Origin: the human T2T-CHM13v2.0 reference genome, Homo sapiens
Length of the DNA stretch: 64,000 nucleotides
Assembly (NCBI RefSeq): GCF_009914755.1
Contig: NC_060936.1
Reading direction: 5' to 3' (one strand)
Positions 28,220-41,842 of the stretch are shown here, piece by piece (the first letter of the stretch is position 1; the number at the start of each line of letters is the position of its first letter). The position numbers were made by a program, and so were the translations under genes. A model generated the notes under the pieces. That model worked only from the letters and a program-made list of their open reading frames with translations, searched no databases and was not told where the DNA came from.

Positions 28220-29590
28220 ATTGTTTAATCAAAGTTAGCTGTCACTATGCACCTGACACTATGTGCTAGGAAGACGAAATTACTAAAGCATAGCCCTGGC
28301 CCACAATGAGCCTACTCTACAGCAAGAGAGACAGATGTGTTAACAAGACAGGTTACAATAAAAGCACGAAGAGGGCACAGGTGACGCACAAGAAAAGAAA
28401 TGCCAAATTCTGTGAAGGTGGGAGTCAGGAAAGTGTGCACAGAAGAAACGCCATGAATTCTCCTATAAAGTGGACAAGGGGTGGGCAAGGAAGAGGACAT
28501 TCTAAGAAGAGGAGGTGGCAAAGACAAAAGCACAGAGATGTAAAACAGGCAGAACCATTCGGGGAGCTGTAAATAATTTAGTGTGGCTTGACATTGCTGC
28601 TCAAGGGCAGGGAGGTTAAGAGAAATCCTGGAGAGGTGGCCTGGGACCAGATTAAAGAGGACGCTTCATTCTAAGCTGAAGGAAGCCAGGGCGGTTTTAA
28701 GCAAAAAAGTAATAATAGATCTGAGTTTCCAAAGAATCATAGGTAAGCTTCCATGTGGCAGCACAGACAAGAGAGAATGAGTGCCAGCCCTTGGGTCACT
28801 GCAGCGTGTATGGAGTTGAGGGGACAAATTGGAGCTACCTACGAAGGTGGAACTATCAAGGTCCCGTTACTGTCGGAGGGGAAGGGAGGGCTCTAAGTTG
28901 ATTTCCAGACTGAGAAATAACTCCCTTTTTAGAACTCTTGGTTTCTATAATGCTTCTCCTTCCTTGCTCTTCTTGTTCTTTTCTTATCTCTCTGATAATT
29001 TTGTCTCAGATCCTTTATCATCTGCACCTTGCACCTCCCCTGGCCATCCCTCAAATGGTGGTGCACCCAGGGTTCTGCCCTTGACCCACTTCTCTCCCCT
29101 TTCCACTGTTCACTCTGAGCCATCTCATCCACTCTCATGGTTTCAGCTATCCTGTCCCCGCAAATAAGGCTTATAGCTACATGTCCAGCCCAAATCATTC
29201 ACTCTACCTCCAGGCCCAAATCCAAGTGCTTACTAGACATTTCCACCTATATGACCCACCCATGTTCTAAATTCTATACATTCTCATTGCTGCTGTCACC
29301 AAATCTGTGACAAATCTAATTACTCTTGTCATCATAATTTTTGTGACTAGCACTAAAAGGGTCAACAGTATTCAGTGCTGCAGAAGGTCAAGAACAACTT
29401 GAAAAGTCCATTGGATTTGGCACCTTGGAGAAGTGAGAGATGAGGAAGTGCAAAAGGCAATTTCAGACTACCCTTTAAGGAGCTGAACTGTGAAAAGAAG
29501 GAGACAAGGAGGGAGAATGAGCATCAAGGAAAGCTTTCATGTTTGTTTAATAAGATGAGAGTGATTTGAGCATATTTATGGGCCACAGTG
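28220..29590 (-). mobile_element. L2 element with an internal segment (~28925-29350) in the opposite orientation
   Basis: Antisense L2 motifs flank a sense-oriented L2 block (ccatctcatccactctcatggtttcagctatc). Confidence 0.65.
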
Positions 29591-29691
29591 ATAGTTGATA
29601 TTTTGGGTAAGACTATTCTTGACAGTGGGACACTAACACATATATTACAGGCCACTTAACATGCCGGTTCTCTAAGTTCTCAGTGCCTGTG

Positions 29692-29702
29692 GCGCACGCG
29701 TG

Positions 29703-29736
<34 letters not shown>

Positions 29737-29745
29737 CACACACAC
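29692..29745. repeat. (CA)n microsatellite with CG-rich alternating head
   Basis: gcgcacgcgtgcata followed by a CA run. Confidence 0.95.
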
Positions 29746-30034
29746 CAGTTATTATGGCATCCAAAAATCACCCTCATACATTCCCAAACATCTTCTAAGA
29801 ATCCCTAAAAGGGAAGATACCAGTAGAGAGGAATAAGTTGAAAGTTAAGAAAAAAAGAAAATAACTGATGAACCAAGATCCTAATTCTGGAGAAGACTAG
29901 ACTAAAGACACAAAAGAGGGTTTGGCGTGAGACAAGGGAAATGCACCATGTTTGGGCTTTGATTCCTACAGGCATTGGTTGAATTCCCAGGATGTCACTT
30001 CCTTTGAGACACAGTGTACTACACTGTCTGTTGA

Positions 30035-30400
30035 CTACACTGTCTGTTGACTAGCCCCAAAGCCATTCCCACTCCTTTCCCCCCTTGTCACCTCCACCAG
30101 AGAGACTTGCAACGTCCACAGAGTTGCCCATGTGACATTGTTTGGGCTCATGAAATCAAGGATGTGGGGAAGACTTCTTCTAATCCAATACCAACCCACT
30201 TCTTCTTCCTTCGTTAAGTATGAGCATGATGGATGACTAACGCTGGAGCAGCCACCTTCCAACCATGACAAAATGCCAGGCGAACCCCAGATGTCAGTAC
30301 TGACATCACTGAGCCAGTGAACCACCCCCAGCAGCCTCTGTCTCTAGACTCTTTGTTCTGAGACACCCACAGACTCATTTGTTTAAGCTACGGTGAGCAA
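30035..30400 (+). mobile_element. Old MLT1-type LTR remnant
   Basis: ggagcagccaccttccaaccatga...tgacatcactgagccagtgaacca...tctctagact...gtttaagc. Confidence 0.6.
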
Positions 30401-32629
30401 ATCACTACCTAAAGGTATTGGACAACATAGTTAACCTCTCTGATCTATAGTTTCCTTGTCTCTAAAATAAAGATAAAATATGTGCCTTCTAAATTCAATG
30501 AAAACATTAAATGAGATAAAATATATAAGATGACTAGCTCATATAAAGTGACTAACTCAGAGTTTGACAAAAAATAAATGATCAGTGTCAGTCTTTCTCA
30601 TCATAACCTCAAAATAACTTACAATAATTAGATCTTCTTTGTCCGTGTAAAATAGAATTATAGCAATAAACCTTTATTGTACTCAGAAAGGTAGAATAAA
30701 AATAACCACCTTTAATGTTACTCTCCTGCATGCTAGACCTTTAAACTACAGAATCAAAATACAATTTTGAATAAAATGTAGATCTAACAGTAAGACAAAA
30801 AGAATCACAGAAGTCTCAGAAAGGGGACTAAAAATATACTCTTTGTATAGAACTCATAATTCAGGGAGTTTTTTTCAGCAATATCAATGTGATGTAAAAA
30901 TTGGCTGGCAATATTTAGTAAATTTATGTTTTCTTGTATCTGTAACATTTTACTACTTCCCACCTAGTACCACGAATATTTTCTTCATGTAATAATTCAC
31001 TTTTTTTTAACATATTAACACTTCCAAATCTATGAGTGACTCTGATTCAAACACTATTTTATTCCGTTATGTTTTTAGAAAATGATCTTGACTTGTCTTT
31101 AATGCTTATATCCTATGTGTATCAGTTTGTTGAAATCACTTTATGTCTCTGCTTTGAAAATCCTGATAAGTTCTGATCAAGTCAATATCAGTAATTGCAT
31201 CACCAAAGAGGTGGAACCTACTGAGCTGTTGTTTATCCACCATGTCTAAATGGAAGCAGGTTAACATCCCCAAATCTTCTATTTCTGTTAATAGGAAAAA
31301 TTAGAATCCATTTTCCTCAAGTGATTTAGGACAAGTCTGGTTTTTGAGAATGCAAGATGGCATATACTAAGCACCAACTGTCTACCATGCACTGGGTACA
31401 TTGCGTCATAAGGCTTGCTACCCTTTATAAGCTGGGTGTTATTTTTGTTTTCACTTTACAGAAGGAGATTTTGAGGCTCAGAGAGTCTGAAGAGTCCAAC
31501 TAAGGTCACATGGCTGAGAATGAATAGAGCTCAAGCCCATTGACTCCAAAGTCTGCATTCTCTCCTTGTGCTGGTACCTTCTTTTAGACACCATCACGTC
31601 CCTGGAAAATGTATGACAAGTGATGGCTGGTGTGTTACTTTCCAGCACCAAGTGCCTGTATTTCTATGAATGTCGAAGCAATTTCTGGGCTTCAATTGTT
31701 ACAAGCATTAACACTGCTCCTAAAGAAAATCCTAGCTCCAATTTTTAAAGACAGGATGTGCTGGCCAACAAGAAACACATTTCACAGAAGCAGGTGGAAA
31801 GAGCCAGCCAGACAGAGCTACATCACTACAAAGTTTCCAGTGCCTTAGAGAGCACTGCCTACCCATCTTTCCCCAAAATATAGTTCAAGTAGGGAAAATT
31901 GGAGAGAAGAAACTGAACTCCAGGTAATTTTGTCCTGGCTTTTTTTTCTTACTCCCTCATCGTATGCACTGGGAAAAAGTCTTAAAGTCAAGCATGTCTG
32001 AATTCAGATTTCAGTCCCACTATTGTTGTAGATGTGTGACTTTGGCCAACATACATAAACGCTCTCTGATTTAGTTTCCCCATCAAGAAAGAAGAAATAC
32101 TACTACTTCCCTCATGGGATTGCATAAGAATTAAAATGCTCATTAACATCATGCCTGGTTCAAAATTGACATATTATGTTAGTTTTTTTCCTCTCACTTT
32201 TCCTACCTCTATGTCTTAATACCCTTCATCCAAGAAATGCCATAACATTACAGTTTTCTCCCAAAGTATTCTGTCCCGAGGAATATTATATCACAGACAA
32301 CTAAAAGCAAGGTAACAATCTAACAGACACCAGAAATTAGTGAAGAAGCGTAGGGTAAGGCATGAGTAACATGTAGCCATCTTGGTTTCAAGATTATGTT
32401 GGATATGCAAATCCATATGAGCCAAGGGAAGGCAATAGTCTACTCCCAGTGTCACACACCACTGCCAGCCCATCTACTCTCTCCAAACCCACTGTCATTA
32501 AGCAAGTGGGGGTAGAGGATAGGGGAAGAGGGCCAGAGGATGAAGCCAAAGAAGAGTAGGGCCATCTTCCTATCCCCAATTAGATTCCAAAATGTGGCTC
32601 TCAGTACAGAAAATGAAAAGTGCTATTGA

Positions 32630-32956
<327 letters not shown>

Positions 32957-34234
32957 CCCAAAGAAGCAATTTAGAAAGGAAAGAATCATAGCAATAGACT
33001 CCACAGTAAGAATATTTTTGCATGTCATCTAAGGAAGAATAAGATCCAGAATGTGATGCACGTTTTAGCTACCATGCTACACCCTGATCAACATGTCTAT
33101 TTCCAGATCCTGACCCTTTACTCAGCATACCCTTTTCTTCCCCATTCTTGGAGCATTAAAGTTGGATCTTGAATCCTTTTGCCTGCTCCTACTGTAACTT
33201 CTACCTTTCTATTTTCCTTCCTACCTTCTGCTCAAGCCATTTTCATTAGTCCTAATGCCAAGGACAAAACAGTTGTCATTGACTCTGTCATTCCCTATCA
33301 CTACTCCTTATTTCCCTCACCTAAAGTGTCTGTTTGCCACGGTACTGCCCTAAAATCTTCCATATATTTTATTTCATTTTATCTTCAAAATGTAAGGTGT
33401 ATAGGGCAGAACACAAAATTTATATCTCATAAACTATAAACTGAGTATCATGTAGTATAACTAATGTGTTTGTCCACATTTTCAAAGCTCATCAGAATGG
33501 AGACTAAAACTCAGGGATGTATAATTCTTAGTTCAGTGTCTTATGATGCAGAATTGTATAATAGAAAGCATAGGTTTCAAAACAGGTATTCCTGAGATTT
33601 GAATTCTAGTCCCATTGCTAATAGTGGGCTGTGATATCCTGGATTAGTTACTTAACCTTTCTAAGCTAAAATCTGAAAACCCAGGGAAGATTTCAGACAA
33701 TCAGTAGAAAAACCTCCTAGAAATAAATGGAAATACATCTAGCTTCAGTTCATTATTTGGATTCAGATGGGCATCTTAAATCCAGGATCTCAGGGAGAAT
33801 AAAAGCAATTATAACAAGGCAAAATAAAATAGGCTCTTTATACTCAGGTGGGGAACTGCCAAAAAGCACCTCATACATTTTTAAACATTCTCCATTACTA
33901 TTCGAAACAGTCTCTGTTACAAGCACCTAGCAGTTCTTTCCAGGTTAGAGATTTTCTTTAAGGGACCCCGTGTGGCTGCAGCAGGCTTCCATACTACTTG
34001 TGAGCCTCAGCTTCCCTGGTGGGGTGAGACCAAGACTCCCACCTCACACTTCAGAGCCTTCCCCCAGATTTTCACCTTTCAACCATATGCCCTTCTTGGG
34101 TGGTCTCCAATTTAGAGTTTTTTCTACAATGGTCCATGCTGCTTTTCGATTCTCATTCTTTTCCTGCATCATGATACACTCTCACTCCCTTCAAACTGCT
34201 CCACATGGCCTTCAGCTTCACCTGCTGAATGTTA

Positions 34235-34420
34235 GGCTGGACACTTCAGTGAAGCACTTGCCATGTATCACCTCATTTAATCCTCGACAACCCTGTAATC
34301 AACATATTAGTATCCCCATTATACAGGCAAGGAAACAAACGTTGAGAGTCAGGGATTGGTGACTTGTCCTGATTCTAACATTTAGGAAGTGATGCCCGAA
34401 TCCAGCTTGGACTCTAAATT
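34235..34420 (-). mobile_element. MIR
   Basis: ctcatttaatcctcgacaaccctg...atccccattatacag. Confidence 0.75.
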
Positions 34421-35769
34421 CTGATTTTTTAATAGCCCTACTCAGCTAGCCCCCGTGCTTCTTTCCACCATAATATAAAGCTCATTTCCTCTTTGGGAAA
34501 GCAGAGTGCTAATTAATGTTCTTACTGATTAATTAGCATATGCAAAAAAGTGAGCACATGCTATTTGACGAGGTGCTGAACTGCTGAACTGTGTCTGTGC
34601 TGTTGTCAAAAGTCTTCAGAAGAATGCTGTCCTTCCAGCATCAAAAACTTCTTGAATACAAACTTTATCCCTGTAATGCAATCATCCACAAGAGCACTTA
34701 ATAAGTGGGTTTTATTGGAAATAAACTAACAACAAAAACTTAAGTTAAAACAGACTGACAATTACCTGTCTCCGAGAAGGGGAGAACAAAATAGAAGGCT
34801 TATTGATCATCCTTCAGACGATTACTATGAGCCTTCAGTGTGGCCAAGCTACATGTCTTAGATTTACTGCATCAGTTCCACTTTCAAATGTTTTTTGTCC
34901 TATTCCCCTGTTGTTGATTAATAGTTGTCCAACTGTGTGTCCCCATTCTATGTTTGTAAAATATGGTCATGGTACTTAAAAATAAACTTCTATTAAAAAA
35001 ACAAAACAAAACAAAAAAAAAACCTGGCCTTAGTTTTGAGGTGTTTTATCTTTGAAATTTGTCCCAAAGGCTTTTTTCTCTGAGATTTGGGGACTCTTTT
35101 TATTGGCCTTTATGCAAATCTGTTAAGCCCCCAAACATTCCTCTGCATGGCTGCTGGGAAGTTTGCTGCTGGCACTCTCTCTCCAGGTAGCTCCTGCCAC
35201 CACCCATTCAGCATCGAACGCCTGGGGCTGAGCCTCCAACTTTCCAGGATCTCCATTACTGGATCTTTTTCTTTCTTCTTTTCCCTCTTGCTGCTTACCT
35301 TTTAGAAACTATTCTTTCCAGGTCAAAAGTCAGATATTTACGCTATTTTAGAAAAGCATCTAAAAGTCACTGCCCACCTACCTCCTTATTTGGCGGAGAG
35401 AAAGACATGATGGAATATTTGGGTGTGGTAGCAATGAAGGAAGGAGCAAGGGGAAAGTGATGAGAGGAGGTCTCATTACAGTGACCTAGAAGAATTCACT
35501 TTACTGGTGTCAGTTCTCCTATTTACTCCTGGAAGGCAGTAGCCAGTGGGTCCTCTATGGAACTGTGCTACACTTAAGCGCTCCACCATTTCATACCCTT
35601 GTTATGTTCTCTTGTAGTTAGACTCCAGTATTGCCTGATTATAAATCATGTAATAGATCACTTTCAGTCAGATGACATCCCCCACAATGCCATCTAACAA
35701 GGGAGAAAGTGAAGGGTAGTAAGATATATGAGACCTTAACCAGTCATTTTCTTGAGAGACAAGAGAGTA

Positions 35770-35975
35770 CACAGCCTTTGAAGCTAGCAACCAATGTTAA
35801 AATCCTGGCTTCCACTTAAGAGCTGTAGCATTTTGGATATGTTACTTAACCTCTCTGAGCCTCAGTTTCCCCATCTGTAAGATAAAGATTAAATAATATC
35901 ACTTAGGTCGCTAACTGGTTAAGAGTATTAAATAAGATAGTACATACACAGCACTAAGCGCCTAGCATATGGGGA
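35770..35975 (+). mobile_element. MIR
   Basis: Core gttacttaacctctctgagcctcagtttccccatctgtaa. Confidence 0.85.
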
Positions 35976-36596
35976 ACACTCTCAAAGCCCCTAAGATACA
36001 TCAGCGAAAAAAAGAGTTCAGTCTCTCTGCATGCTCTGCAAGTTACCTTATATTTGTATAATGATGTTGTGGATTTGTAAAAGGTACCAGAGAGAAGCAA
36101 TCAGCTAGTTTAGGCATAACTTTTTCTACCAGGGAGAAATAATATAGGTTGCACAACAGCCCACATGAGAAAAAAATCATTTTTACCTGTTGTGCTCTCA
36201 AAGTAGATATGTACTTATTCATGGTAATTTTAAAATTCGCTCTTAACCATATCAGAATTCTTTCAAAGCAAAATTGTGCCCTCAAATTGCCACTGTTAAA
36301 ATAAAATATAATTTGCTAAGGACAATCATATTTGAAAAAAAGAAAAATCTACCTGAAGCACAACTCAACGGGTTCTGCCACAGCAGTCTACATTTTCCAT
36401 TTTGCTTATTTTTCCCACTTCCCTTAGCATGGGCTATTTGTGCTAGTGCCTATTTTCTAACATCTGTACCTGCACCCACGTAAATGGAAGAATATGTTTC
36501 TCATATGATACTGGAATGTCTTCACTTAACACTTTTAACTTGACCTTTCCTAGACTGAAGGGAAGCTCTGAAGCAGAAGCTAGTCATCTCTGCCTG

Positions 36597-36615
36597 CTGC
36601 CGACAGGTGGCGGTA
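36597..36615 (+). promoter_or_regulatory. CTCF motif
   Basis: ctgCCGACAGGTGGCGGta vs CCRSYAGRKGGCRS, one core mismatch, with locally retained CpGs. Confidence 0.55.
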
Positions 36616-37126
36616 ACGGTCATGCAAGGTTCCTTTAGTCTCGGCTCAGCTGCTCCACTGCGGAGGTTGTCAACTAGCCAGGCAGCATGCTTGTGGTGTC
36701 TGTGCTAGGTTTTAAGGTGTTTACAAACATTATTAACCCGAAAGCATGTCTTTTAAGTACAAAACTAAAGGCAGGTTTGAATGTGGTGATAAAAAGTATG
36801 ACAATGACAATAGTAGAAACCCAAAATGATGAAAAATGATAAACGTAGCACTTGTGGTGAAACTAACTATTCTAAGACGTGAATGGCTGGCTGCAAAGGA
36901 CAGTGCATATGTACTAAGTGCTGTATCTAAGTAATGAACAATAATCAGTAAAGCAAGGAAAATAACTGAATAACTGATAGTATGTAAAAACAAAACAACC
37001 CAAAGCAGAATAAAACGCTTTTTTCTGCAGTTAGGGAATAAGCCCCAGTGTCAAGTGGCAATTAGTCATATGACAATTAGCCTAACATTAACGCAGGAGA
37101 GGCTAGGATTTGTTGGAGATTTAAAG

Positions 37127-37275
37127 CAGTGGTTGTCAATCTTAACTGCACTCTAGAATCACCTGGGGAGCTTTTAAGACTCCCGAAGCCCAGGCCAATA
37201 ATCAGAATCCCGAGGGGTGGGACTCAGGCATCAGCAGTGTTGAAAGCTCTTCAGGTGATTTTAATGTGCACCCAA
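37127..37275. mobile_element. MER5A-like element
   Basis: cagtggttgtcaatcttaactgcactctagaatcacctggggagcttttaa. Confidence 0.8.
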
Positions 37276-37672
37276 TTGCCTTCAAATCTAAGCATGGGGA
37301 AAAATGTGTTGCTACAGGTTCCACGGATTAAAATCCATCTGGATGTGCAGATCAATATGTGTGATGAGCGTTAATACCTTGGCAAGAATTATTTCCCTAT
37401 GACATTTGTATCTTCAAGTAGAGAAATCACCTGCCTTGAGGGATTTTTCTTTTTATAGTCTTGAAAACAGTATGGGGGAGAACACGTATTGCCAAAGAAT
37501 AACAGAGTATGCCTTTCATATACCTATTTGAAGAAAAGGTATCCCAGAGCTACAAGCGTCAACATCCCTTAGTCATTTCAGTGAGTCCATTTACAAACAA
37601 GTGGACACAAAAACCTTTTCAAAACTATAGGAGTTTCTAGATACCAGCACCTTTCCCTCACTTTCATCTTTA

Positions 37673-37988
<316 letters not shown>

Positions 37989-38082
37989 GGATTAATTGCT
38001 GGCCTATCCACGCTGTCAATGCAATCTGGTTACCTTCCATCATTAACAATCAAGTTTTACAGGAAAACAAATGCATGGTTTA

Positions 38083-38583
<501 letters not shown>

Positions 38584-39149
38584 TTAAAATAGGATCTACA
38601 TCACGTAACCTGTCTTAGAAGAGGCTAGATACTGCAATTCAAGGACCTTATCTCCTTTCATTGAGCACCAAACCCAACTCCATCTACCAGCCTACTCTCT
38701 TATCTCTGGTATTTGCTCTGCAGAATGAGAGAAAATGAAACTTTCAAAAGCCTCAGAAATCCTTGAACAAGGCAATAAAAGGTGCTATTGCTATAGTCAT
38801 TGGCAGCTACAGGCAGAGACAAAGGAGGAAAAGAGGTTGTGAGTGGTCCAGGTAGCCATGCGAGTATGCATACACAAATCTCCTGGCCCTCCTGTTACAG
38901 CCCACCCTTGTACTGTTCTTGGGCTGAAGGAAAGCAAGGCCAGACAAAGTGAGCAGAAAAACGTGCTCAGCAGAGGTGAGCAACAGAACATGGGCTGGAT
39001 AAACTGGATGTGGGGGGCTATAAGTACACAAGCCCTGCATTCTTGCTGCCTTCACCTTATGTTTGCCTCAATGAGGACAACAGCCAGAAAATTCTTTAGT
39101 AACCTTGTTAGTATCTGGCTCTTAATATTAAACTACAAGAACAACTGAT

Positions 39150-39370
39150 ACATGACTAGTAGTTTTAAAACATTGCCTCAATTGATCCTTACAATGACCC
39201 AGTAGGGAATAAAATAAGAAAAACATTATTATCACCATTTTTATAAATGTTGACGCCAAGGCTCAGAGAAGCTAAGTGTTCTAAGACCATGAACCAATCA
39301 ATTAAGTGAAACAAACCTGAACCCAGATCTTCTGACTTTTGTATTCCAATATGTGTTCTATTACACTACG
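39150..39370 (-). mobile_element. MIR
   Basis: atccttacaatgacc...aaggctcagagaagctaagtg...tgaacccagatcttctgact. Confidence 0.7.
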
Positions 39371-39780
39371 TGGAACTGCCTCTCATATAACCAATTATTA
39401 TAAGGAACACATATTACTCCAATCTATTTATACACCAAAATACAGAAACTTAAACAAATACCATTAGCAGCTGAAGTAATGTTAGAGCCACATTTGAAAA
39501 ATGTTCCTTTTTTTTTCCTGATGCCATCCTATAGTCGTGACTTCCCTAAAATGACTGATACCGTATTTTCATATAATTTGCCACCTTTTACCTACAAAGA
39601 ACTCCTTCCTTTTTACTTCCACATATGACCCTAAATCTTATTCTATGCATCAAACTAAGGACATAATGCTCTATAGAATATAAGCCTTGGCCATCTCTCT
39701 CTATGCTTCTCATTATTCTCCAAGAGCTCCTCTTATTTTAATATAACTAGTTCTGCTTATGTCGCTTTATTTTAAATAAT

Positions 39781-39895
39781 CAGTGTTCACTATTCAGGTG
39801 ATGGCTACACTAAAAAGCCCAGATTTCACCACTATACAATATATCCATGTAACAAAAGCACATATTTACTGCCCGAATCCATAAAAAATTAAAAA
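39781..39895 (+). mobile_element. L1PB-type 3' end fragment
   Basis: ggtgatggctacactaaaaagcccagatttcaccactatacaatatatccatgtaacaaaa plus A-tail. Confidence 0.8.
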
Positions 39896-40788
39896 GAATC
39901 ATTTATTGTACATCTTTTATATGCTGCACACTGTGTTAGACATTTCCTCATATATAATCTCTCTGATCTTCATGGACACTCTATAAATTAGACATTTTAT
40001 TCCCATTTCTCAAATAGAAAAACAGAAGCTCAACACAGTTATGTAATTATCCAAGGTCAATGGCATTATAACACCAGCATGCCAATACATAAACACAGCA
40101 TTTTAATACTCCAAGGCAATACTCTACAAACTGCAACCAGAACCAAAACCAGATTCTCATTCTTCTACAAAGAGAGAGAGCATACAATCAAGGTTGAAAA
40201 TGCTGCTTCAGATCTCCTGCTTGTTTCAAAAAAAAAAAAAATGGTGAGAGATTAAAAATCTAAAAGTGTTGAGAGATTAGCTAATCATGACAGTATTGAA
40301 TAAAGAAAGATAAGGAAGTGTTCGAGTTGAGCAGTCAGTCTTGACTGCAAAGGGCATTAATGATTTGGGAGCAAGATGCTGGGGACATTTTGTGGCTGAA
40401 GAAGCACAAAATCCAATCCAGTTCTTGGCAGAAAACATTTTGGAACTTTTACTGGTATAGTCATCCTTCAACACTGCCAAGAAGGAGACCTGTATTGATT
40501 GCCTTGTCTCTCTCTCACAAATAAGATGAGTAGCTCAGTGGTTCATGCCTGAGCAAAGTTTACTCCTGACAGTTTTCTGATCTCAGTGTCTCTGTGAAAA
40601 CAGAGAATGACTCCATGAGCCCTGGAAACCTTTGCTGATGGGCTGTACACAATTTAGCAGGAGAAACAGGGCCTGAATTCCTCCTCCCAGAACTTAAAGG
40701 AAAGAAACACTAGATAGGCAATTGAGTAGTACTGATATTCAGAGGAAGACAGAAGGAGTTTGACACCACAAAGAGCTGTGGACAAAGT

Positions 40789-40813
40789 ACACACACACAC
40801 ACACACACACACA
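40789..40813. repeat. (AC)12 microsatellite
   Basis: Direct reading. Confidence 0.95.
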
Positions 40814-41774
40814 GTTCAATTCCAATGACTGGTTCTCAAGGAAAGCCAAAAGATTTACCATTTGGCAAAACTATAAGCTAACTTCATTCCAATGGTATTC
40901 TAATCCTACAGTTACAAGTCACTAAATTAGTTTCCTTCACGTTTAAAAGTGGCCCACTCTGCCGTGACAGTTTAACTTTAATGCACTCCACTCTCCCACT
41001 TTGATGTTTTATTTGCTCTCTCTAAAGTATCTCTTGTGTTCCTTTATCTTGTCTCACACAATATATTATATTTGGCTATGCAGTGGCTAGTTGTGACACC
41101 CAAAGAATAGCATCTGGTTTTACAGAGCATCTCATTTATACTCAGGATACAGCAAAGCACTTTACAAAGCAATACATTATGGGAGATAACAGTAGCAGAG
41201 GGGCTGTGAGACAAAGAGGCTACTTTGAATACAAACTCAATTTCCAACATTAAAAGGGGATTCATTGAGGGAAAGCATGTAGTCCAAGATAAGCAGAGTG
41301 GCTTTGCTCCCTTCCTCACAGAGACCATAAGTCTTGATGCACCTGCTCTAGGAAGTCTTGCTCTCCCTGTAGAATTGAGCATTGCTTCCTTTGGGCTCTC
41401 ACCATAGCCTGCATGTATCTATCTAAATACACATAAACTTTTATTACCAATATATGATGATGTGTCCACCTACTTTAACTAGTTGATAACCTCCTTGTGA
41501 GCAGGGACTTTTTCAATTCAGTAATTATTGAGCACTTATAACCTAGAGAACTTTTTTCTTTTTCTTTTTTTTTCTTTTTTTTTTTTTTTTTGGTGGTGAG
41601 GATGCAACAGATACAGATTCTATCCTTCAGGACCATGGTCTAGCAGAAGATACAGACATAGACCCATAAGGAAAATGTTTTCCTCACTTTTATTCATATT
41701 CTTGAGCTCTAACAGTGCCTCATATGCAATAAGGAAGGACTCAATAAATGGTGGCCAATACTGAGTTTCTACCA

Positions 41775-41842
41775 TTAGGTTGAACCATATAAAATTGTTA
41801 ATATTTGACCATTTTTGACCTGCTAGTCAAATAGTTCAACCT
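41775..41842. mobile_element. MADE2 mariner-derived MITE
   Basis: ttaggttgaaccatataaaattg...gaccatttttgacct...tagttcaacct with terminal inverted repeats. Confidence 0.8.

Noticed and set aside
41626-41646. REST/RE1-like ttcaggaccatggtctagc (half-sites also near 7352, 20337, 34572)
   Set aside because: GRIN2B is a known REST target, but none of these has both half-sites intact.
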